This document shows, in pieces, positions 61,101-64,000 of a stretch of DNA of 64,000 bases; position 1 is the stretch's first letter, and every line of letters begins with the position of its first letter. Source of the DNA: Octopus sinensis (Eukaryota). The DNA lies in NCBI RefSeq assembly GCF_006345805.1, contig NC_043007.1, positions 76,756,001 to 76,820,000 on the forward strand, written 5' to 3'. The notes below the pieces were generated by a model that worked only from the letters and a program-made list of their open reading frames with translations, was not told the DNA's origin and searched no databases. The position numbers were made by a program, and so were the translations under genes.

Positions 61101-63735
61101 TGAAATTGCCATTAATTGTATAGAAAGACTTCATGGTAGCGTTGCACCTGCCTTCTGTCTGAAAGTCCTTGGAACTCTGCTCATCTGTGATAACCAAGAT
61201 ATCAGGCAAGCTACTGGTAAGTAATGTTGGATTAAATTCTAACTACGAGTGTTTGAAATGAAGAATTATCTTGTTAATTTTATCCCTCCAAATTTTCACT
61301 TATGAGTGTATATGCTGATAACATAATGCAACATACTATATTATGTGATATAATATAGATATAAACACAAAGAAACTCAGTGACATCTAGATTGAGGTAC
61401 TGGACTACTTGTGTCATTGTGCTCTACCCTTCAGCAAAGCACCTAAATCTGTTTGCTTGACTGACCAAGCAGAAGGAAAAAAAGTTTCACTCTATGGTTG
61501 AGTTGTTAGCTGTGAAAAGAAAAAGCTTTTTCAAGTAACAGCACCAAAAATTAACCAAGCCATGCAAGTATGGAAAAAGAGATGTAATTCAAAAATGCTC
61601 TAATTTTTCTTACTTAATTTAGAGAAGTATACGCCTTGTATCATTTCTGACTTATAACTGTTTTTTCTTAACTCTTGTGAAAAAAACAGTTTTTTAAAAA
61701 TATATGTGAATATGTATTTGTTATGTGTCCATTATGTGTCGTGCTGTAGAGTTCTGCTCTCTAATTTGTCAGGTTTTCACTTCTATTGCTAATGTAATAG
61801 ACATTTTTTTCCTGCTATTTAAAAACTTGCTGAATGTATCCCATTTCCACTTTGTTCTTATCCTTTACTATTTACCTCTCTACTTCTGACCATCTTTACT
61901 GTATTGGTCTCTTCTAATCCCACTTCTAAATTTATGTAAATTAGAGTTTCTGAGGAATACCACTTACTTCCCTTTATACTTTCCTGTCATACCCTAACAT
62001 GCAACTGTTGAAACAACACACATTCTGTCATGGGAAGAGAGGCAGTACCCTTGCTCTTTGAACCCTACTCCTCAAATTGATGTGGCTAATGTCCAATTTA
62101 AACAACAGCGGAGAATAAAATATCAATAGAGAAAGAATGTGCAAGGGAAATCCAGTCTGAATATTTGCTGAGTGAATACCACTGGGTACTGAAGGATCAG
62201 TTAGCCATGTTAAACCAACCTTACTCATCTCACAAATTTCTGATCTCTTATTTTGATGCACGCTAATAAAATTTTCAGATTTCATCAGTTTTTTTTATTT
62301 TGACATTACTTATTACTTCATTTTATTCTCTTTCCATTCTTTCAGCATCCTACTTACGTAATCTCCAGCAAAGCCGCCTTTCTCGTGATAAGGTTTGTAT
62401 TCCAGACTTGTATGTTAGATGTTTTTCTTCTTATTTTTCATTTACTTATATTTTTTTTTCCCCTTGAAGTTTATTAGCAGTATTTGAAAATCTGTTCATT
62501 TCATCTGTCTTTATGATCTGAGATCAAATGCCTCTGGGGTTGACTTTACTGTTCATCCTTTCAGGGGTTGATAAAATAAGTACCAGTTGAATACTGGGGT
62601 TGATATAATCAACTTATTCCCACCTGCAAATTGCTGGCTCTGTACCAAAATTTGAAACCAATTATACTTCCACGTTTGCATCTCTGTGAATAATTACATT
62701 TTGTGAATATTTGACTTATATCAATGGATCACAATTTTGTTGGTTTATGGCAGTGCAATGTTAATAGTAGGGGCAGAGGACTAGGGTAATGAAAGAGGTA
62801 CTGGCTTAACACAAACTTTTAACACTATGTTGTGAACTTAAAGATAATACTGGTTGACGGTGAAATGGTTGGAGATTACATTGCTGTGTCTCTAGTTATT
62901 CCAAGTGCTCCAGTAACAATTAGACTATACTTTGTTGAGGAGATTCAGTACTACAAAAATAGGCTTGGCATTGCCACTCTACTGTTAAAAATCAAACTCA
63001 CATTCCACTGCATTCCATAAGAAATTTTTCTCTGTCCTTTTTTCACCAGAATCACTCATTTACAAAACAGTTGTTTTTATTATTGCGTAATTTTACTTAC
63101 AGCAAGTATGCTATCATTCTTTTCCCTGTCATTCTTTTAATTTATGATGCCATTCTGTGATCATTCATTAAATTCCATATACTTCTCTAATTATCTAAGT
63201 TTTTTCAGTTCAAAGGTTAGGCTAGGCTCTTTTAAGGAGGCCCAATAAGACTGAAACATGCCCAAAATTGTTACAACACTGCTAAAGATCAAACTCACAT
63301 ACTACTCCATTCCATATTTAACTCATTGTAATTGAAATCTGTCTTCATCTGCCCTTTTTTGACCAAAATTAATCAATTAGAAAATTATTGTTCTCTAACA
63401 TTGTTAATGCAAGTATTTCCCAACAAGATACTTATGCGAACATCTAATCAGTGGTATTGTTGGTGGAGCAGCTAGGTGTGCCTATGTATATACTCTATAT
63501 ATGGATGTTTGTTGCCTATTTTTTGGCGAGTTCGGTGTTTATTTTAAAATAAGAACTCTTCACTATTGACATGTCATCCATTATCTAACCATTGAGCCAT
63601 CATGCTTTTGATAATCTGAATCATTAAGTTCATATTCCTTTATCATTCCAGTCACTGGTGGTATATGTTGAAGCTTTAGAAGACCAAACTGCTGAAGTTC
63701 GGGCAGGAGCAGCTGTTGCATTATCTCTCTTACGG
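12127..63735 (+). CDS. RIPOR2: RIPOR/FAM65-family protein (Rho family-interacting cell polarization regulator; probable co-ortholog of RIPOR1-3, most like RIPOR2/FAM65B). 19 exons, 921 codons in window, 3' end beyond the window
   Basis: The hand-spliced ORF is stop-free with consistent phases (cumulative CDS length after each exon: 500,573,597,651,700,795,859,1029,1175,1293,1713,1832,2049,2179,2338,2482,2632,2679,2763 nt). Peptides match the RIPOR PL48 domain as I know it: [95 protein letters not shown]. The linker has ALEAFDFL and the C-terminus is ARM/HEAT-like (YVEALEDQTAEVRAGAAVALSLL). The start codon is inferred. Confidence 0.93.
13660..13732 (+). CDS. RIPOR2: RIPOR exon 2 (K)EFIMATQDDIIQLKSRDTNTSTAQ
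   Basis: tttactttcag acceptor, CAG|GTATTT donor, 73 nt, phase 2 to 0; colinear with the RIPOR GL.EYL...Q.EL..L segment. Confidence 0.88.
13788..13985 (+). mobile_element. tRNA-derived SINE, family B, degenerate
   Basis: gtggtgatatggcag...ctgagttcaaat...gttgactt..tatccttc..atcaataaaataggtacca, similar to 20714. Confidence 0.5.
14590..14740 (-). mobile_element. RTE-type tail fragment (family C variant)
   Basis: cattttacatccattt...gcaggatttcatagctggatgc..tcc similar to 4538-4692. Confidence 0.45.
17321..17344 (+). CDS. RIPOR2: RIPOR exon 3, 24-nt microexon GKLHEADK
   Basis: T-rich tract + tttatag acceptor, AAG|GTAGTG donor, phase 0-0; fills the G(V/F)LYDLDK position immediately before QIK. 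Confidence 0.8.
20611..21022. mobile_element. piggyBac-like MITE interrupted by a SINE
   Basis: Left end taaacacttctgttacca vs reverse complement of the right end tcaacccttttgatacca = 14/18, resembling TTAA-CCCTT termini. Confidence 0.55.
20714..20893 (+). mobile_element. tRNA-derived SINE, family B, with 8-bp TSD
   Basis: aaggtggcaagctggcagaattgttagc...cagttcaaattcc...tttcatcctttc..ggttgataaaataagtacc; exact tggtgttt at 20706-13 and 20894-901. Confidence 0.82.
24127..24180 (+). CDS. RIPOR2: RIPOR exon 4 [18 protein letters not shown]
   Basis: ttccag acceptor, AAG|GTAAAC donor, 54 nt, phase 0-0; strong family match. Confidence 0.95.
24245..24375 (-). mobile_element. Penelope-like terminal fragment between microsatellites
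   Basis: The minus strand reads tctgtggaagagcataggcttgaaacgtt (hammerhead-like layout with a core mismatch). A related fragment with ggacgctca is at about 56170-56245. Confidence 0.5.
24377..24460. repeat. Compound (TA)n/(GT)n/(GATA)n microsatellite
   Basis: Directly visible. Confidence 0.95.
24631..24672. repeat. (GT)21 microsatellite
   Basis: Directly visible. Confidence 0.97.
24890..25320 (-). mobile_element. SINE family A, full-length copy
   Basis: Reverse complement of 1218-1560/43221-43575 including head, central (CA)n and tail. Confidence 0.75.
25721..26007. mobile_element. Palindromic MITE-like element, 127-bp arms and 33-nt loop
   Basis: Arms 25721-25847 and 25881-26007 match at 121/127 as inverted repeats. 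The superfamily and TSD are not resolved. Confidence 0.85.
26195..26243 (+). CDS. RIPOR2: RIPOR exon 5 IDELQDCYIVNQQLREG
   Basis: ttttctag acceptor, AAG|GTAATT donor, 49 nt, phase 0 to 1. Confidence 0.93.
27334..27428 (+). CDS. RIPOR2: RIPOR exon 6 ARNMARAYANTPGYKKGSLTSVKYGFKECSQ
   Basis: tttaacag acceptor, CAG|GTAAAG donor, 95 nt, phase 1 to 0. Confidence 0.93.
27721..28240 (+). mobile_element. Tigger/pogo (DDE_1) transposase remnant
   Basis: QPMN*GVIANIKA*YLR (QPMDQGVI..FK..Y.R), TVKDF..., MDAVDNIAE, DVVELLLS...LPNEELMLL and TTLDK are Tigger C-terminal motifs; stops and frameshifts present. Confidence 0.75.
29450..29790 (-). mobile_element. CR1/L2/Jockey-group LINE, ORF2 C-terminal remnant
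   Basis: Frameshifted minus-strand translation gives LSAYNYNNNLCSS*L and SLPRCCIKHFAESFLLRTAAL (cf. LFYRYY.G.CS.EL and HF..SF.PRT..LWNSLP). Confidence 0.55.
29790..30060 (-). mobile_element. RTE-type 3' tail fragment (family C)
   Basis: catcatcacttaatgtccatgtttcatgctggcatgg...ggccttgttttctgtagct, like 11060-11330. Confidence 0.6.
31211..31583 (+). mobile_element. Helentron-associated (HINE/DINE-1-like) non-autonomous element
   Basis: 5' ttattacccctgcc with a nearby inverted aaggcggaggt, (GTTT)n tract, 3' inverted ttggcagaggt, terminal hairpin gtgctc-tct-gagtgc, T-rich/TT ends. Confidence 0.75.
31801..31864 (+). CDS. RIPOR2: RIPOR exon 7 TMCAIEAQLESMMGTFHCKLKG
   Basis: ctctttccag acceptor, AAG|GTATGT donor, 64 nt, phase 0 to 1. 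Confidence 0.94.
36174..36565 (-). mobile_element. Non-autonomous Helitron, 392 bp, intact termini
   Basis: The minus strand reads A|TCtctctctatataaagc... and ...cccgagcaatgctggg-cgatactg-CTAG|T: 5' TC, subterminal hairpin 8 nt before CTAG, A|T target; many CpGs retained. Confidence 0.85.
36567..36765. repeat. (CA)-rich compound simple repeat
   Basis: Directly visible; source of the spurious HT/CV ORFs. Confidence 0.95.
37351..37518 (+). repeat. 68-bp direct repeat with 100-bp period
   Basis: 37351-37418 and 37451-37518 match at 63/68. Confidence 0.9.
37992..38172 (-). mobile_element. RTE-type 3' tail fragment (family C)
   Basis: ttttcaatgctggcatggg...tttctatggctggatgtccttcttaatgacaaccac; reverse complement of 42780-42960. 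Confidence 0.65.
40476..40645 (+). CDS. RIPOR2: RIPOR exon 8 [56 protein letters not shown]
   Basis: tttag acceptor; non-canonical AAG|GCAAGT donor at 40646; 170 nt, phase 1 to 0; matches ORF 40478..40708 and the family motif GFARLC.GD. Confidence 0.93.
41130..41310 (-). mobile_element. SINE family A 5' portion, degenerate
   Basis: ttcacaaggcttggatctgctcaagg...caagatgcc is the reverse complement of ggcaccttgg...ccaaagccttgtga. Confidence 0.45.
41432..41577 (+). CDS. RIPOR2: RIPOR exon 9 [48 protein letters not shown]
   Basis: atacag acceptor, GAA|GTAAGA donor, 146 nt, phase 0 to 2. Confidence 0.94.
41945..42960 (+). mobile_element. 5'-truncated RTE-clade LINE (RT C-terminus + 3' UTR, ends in (GAT)n)
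   Basis: LEVEDSFCYLGD, RVKGR...CVRTAMLHDSETW, RLERNEASILRWMC, LREKLGIRGI...RRLHWYG; frameshifted; 3' end aaatgatgatgat. Confidence 0.85.
42541..42666 (+). repeat. 3 x 42-bp tandem repeat within the RTE 3' region
   Basis: Units start at 42541, 42583 and 42625 (..ttgggcctcatgga.gcaaagtggctgagttccttttgag). Confidence 0.9.
43005..43575 (+). mobile_element. SINE family A with tandemly duplicated 5' half
   Basis: 43005-43182 and 43221-43396 are identical except for a 2-nt indel; the second copy continues through (TA)n into the SINE 3' half. Confidence 0.85.
43827..43944 (+). CDS. RIPOR2: RIPOR exon 10 (N)PLEGVDESLIIYEVPQRTQDTPRRRPVSALAVNGQYSQL
   Basis: cacttttcag acceptor, TTG|GTAGGT donor, 118 nt, phase 2 to 0; completes VTW-N-P (VTWxPF in the family). 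Confidence 0.88.
45405..45824 (+). CDS. RIPOR2: RIPOR exon 11, Ser-rich linker ending LEDALNCLSVSLEDVRGRYQELQKIEELVDVLRCLLK
   Basis: ttctttgtacag acceptor, AAG|GTAGGC donor, 420 nt, phase 0-0; in frame with ORF 45456..45884; LEDVRGRYQEL resembles RIPOR LDDYRGQFPEL. Confidence 0.9.
46085..46400 (+). mobile_element. CR1/Jockey-group LINE remnant
   Basis: VNIAKTASQ*L...KARKYF..E*LL resembles the RT C-terminal IAK.ASQKL..LFRARKYF. Confidence 0.5.
47950..48900 (+). mobile_element. CR1/Jockey-group LINE remnants (at least two overlapping pieces)
   Basis: LSWRK.IL, FSPLQLL...IYARPTLECC..IWS and FSARKYF...LLTFYKAQI (cf. LYKAQ.RP.LEYC..IW); heavily decayed. Confidence 0.55.
49083..49141. repeat. (CA)n microsatellite
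   Basis: Directly visible. Confidence 0.97.
49307..49425 (+). CDS. RIPOR2: RIPOR exon 12 KHSRSSSCSSNISVSIEHALEAFDFLNTEDIVDDVDSSP
   Basis: cctctttgcag acceptor, TAG|GTTAGT donor, 119 nt, phase 0 to 2; ALEAFDFLN matches RIPOR ALESFDFLN. Confidence 0.91.
49930..50146 (+). CDS. RIPOR2: RIPOR exon 13 (S)ESRRSSLDHIL...SSGNEHVDQALIFHLNYCNKLIE
   Basis: tctttttag acceptor, GAG|GTCAGT donor, 217 nt, phase 2 to 0; GNE..D..L..HL.YC..L family motif. Confidence 0.91.
52050..52640 (+). mobile_element. Older RTE-clade LINE fragment
   Basis: SIVAKVRASWKNFTEL, VRTVIVHGS.TW, LREKLGIR, and a GRP.KTW-like segment; homologous to 41945-42500 but more decayed. Confidence 0.7.
52780..53067 (-). mobile_element. tRNA-derived SINE (family D) ending in (AAC)n
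   Basis: The minus strand begins gtggaggcatatggtttagtggttagagcagcggactcgtggtc...ggtttgaatc (A and B boxes); its body is shared with 2100-2170. Confidence 0.75.
53615..53810 (+). mobile_element. RTE-type 3' tail fragment (family C)
   Basis: ggtgttggtgccataag...gaggaaggtcatccagctgtagaaacc...ccaacccatgccagc...aaaatgatgag. Confidence 0.55.
54676..54805 (+). CDS. RIPOR2: RIPOR exon 14 NLGSFGPLKCKEIYALDKLQKQSQILENLIHLAKAGSEIDLHS
   Basis: ttttttgcag acceptor, CTG|GTAAAT donor, 130 nt, phase 0 to 1. Confidence 0.9.
55238..55380 (-). mobile_element. SINE family B 3' half
   Basis: tagtactttattttattgacctcgaaaggatgaagataaagtcaacctcagtggaatt is the reverse complement of the family B core. Confidence 0.7.
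56772..56930 (+). CDS. RIPOR2: RIPOR exon 15 (V)LGEHLNDKQLKEFWVQCVDRNVLVVPAEKLITMMEQKLVNRFQEPCDVKPTR
   Basis: tcttctgccag acceptor (an in-frame alternative tttag gives a start at 56778), GAG|GTAACT donor, phase 1-1. Confidence 0.88.
57841..57984 (+). CDS. RIPOR2: RIPOR exon 16 (V)FCHLVSRILDISDAELKMTQNLYITLFQFSLFFRNEGFTLVDKIIEE
   Basis: aaattttcag acceptor, AAA|GTAAGT donor, 144 nt, phase 1-1; ITLFQF resembles RIPOR VTVFQF. Confidence 0.9.
58281..58643 (-). mobile_element. SINE family A, near full length
   Basis: Reverse complement of 43221-43575 plus tail. Confidence 0.75.
59007..59318 (-). mobile_element. SINE family A
   Basis: ctaccaaatccactcacaaggctttggttgacctgaggctatagcagaagac...ttcttaccactgagccacacct. 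Confidence 0.72.
59469..59660 (+). mobile_element. SINE family B
   Basis: aaggcagtgagc..cagaatcattagc...ttctgagttcaaatcc...ctttgcctttcatcc..cagggtcgataaag. Confidence 0.7.
61067..61216 (+). CDS. RIPOR2: RIPOR exon 17 (I)SISDKLCSGNAEIAINCIERLHGSVAPAFCLKVLGTLLICDNQDIRQAT
   Basis: tattttcag acceptor, CTG|GTAAGT donor, 150 nt, phase 1-1. Confidence 0.9.
62346..62392 (+). CDS. RIPOR2: RIPOR exon 18 (A)SYLRNLQQSRLSRDK
   Basis: ttctttcag acceptor, AAG|GTTTGT donor, 47 nt, phase 1 to 0; aligns to RIPOR .YL...S.N..FREK. Confidence 0.87.
62515..62665 (+). mobile_element. SINE family B 3' half
   Basis: ggggttgacttt..ttcatcctttcaggggttgataaaataagtaccagttgaatactggggttgat. Confidence 0.65.
63652..63735 (+). 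CDS. RIPOR2: RIPOR exon 19 SLVVYVEALEDQTAEVRAGAAVALSLLR (last exon in window, no stop yet)
   Basis: tatcattccag acceptor, CGG|GTAAAT donor, 84 nt, phase 0-0; HEAT/ARM-like, aligns to ALLYYCEAL......Q.AACLAL..L. Confidence 0.91.
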
Positions 63736-64000
63736 GTAAATAGACTTTAACTTCACTGTCATTTTTGTTAATATCTCATGCACACAGATATCACACTTTT
63801 TCTTTCATTGTTGTTGTTACTGTTGTTGCTACATAAGTAATGATTATAAATTTCATGTAAATATATTAAAGAATCTTTTTATAATATCTCTGTTATACTC
63901 CATCCATCTATCCATTTTCTTTGCCCACTATTTTTGAGAAGGGTCATAAGGGTAGTTTTTTCAAGCACTTGCTCTGTAGGATCCTTTCAGAAGCAACTGT

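Overview
AT-rich animal genomic DNA. The repeat landscape (tRNA-derived SINEs, RTE/CR1-type LINE debris, long (TA)n/(CA)n tracts) looks like an octopus or other coleoid cephalopod; this is inferred from my recollection of those repeats, not from a search. The window is dominated by one + strand, intron-rich gene of the RIPOR/FAM65 family (Rho family-interacting cell polarization regulator). I reconstructed 19 coding exons from 12116/12127 to 63735 by hand. All splice phases are mutually consistent and give 921 uninterrupted codons; the last C-terminal exon(s) lie beyond the window. The gene has a 24-nt microexon, a GC-AG intron and a tandem acceptor. The introns hold a near-full-length dead mariner, a Tigger/pogo remnant, a Helitron with intact ends, a HINE/DINE-1-like element, hAT-like and piggyBac-like MITEs, RTE and CR1/Jockey-like LINE fragments and many SINEs. 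The most unusual items are (i) a fold-back element at 8.57-9.0 kb joining a tRNA-like head to a module with a minimal type I hammerhead-ribozyme motif, (ii) a 127-bp-arm, 95%-identical hairpin 188 nt upstream of exon 5, a candidate ADAR substrate, and (iii) an isolated ALxxFDFL motif in the RIPOR linker that resembles a striatin motif. I found no tRNA/rRNA genes or CRISPR arrays. Most ORF-track entries are microsatellite, repeat or chance ORFs.
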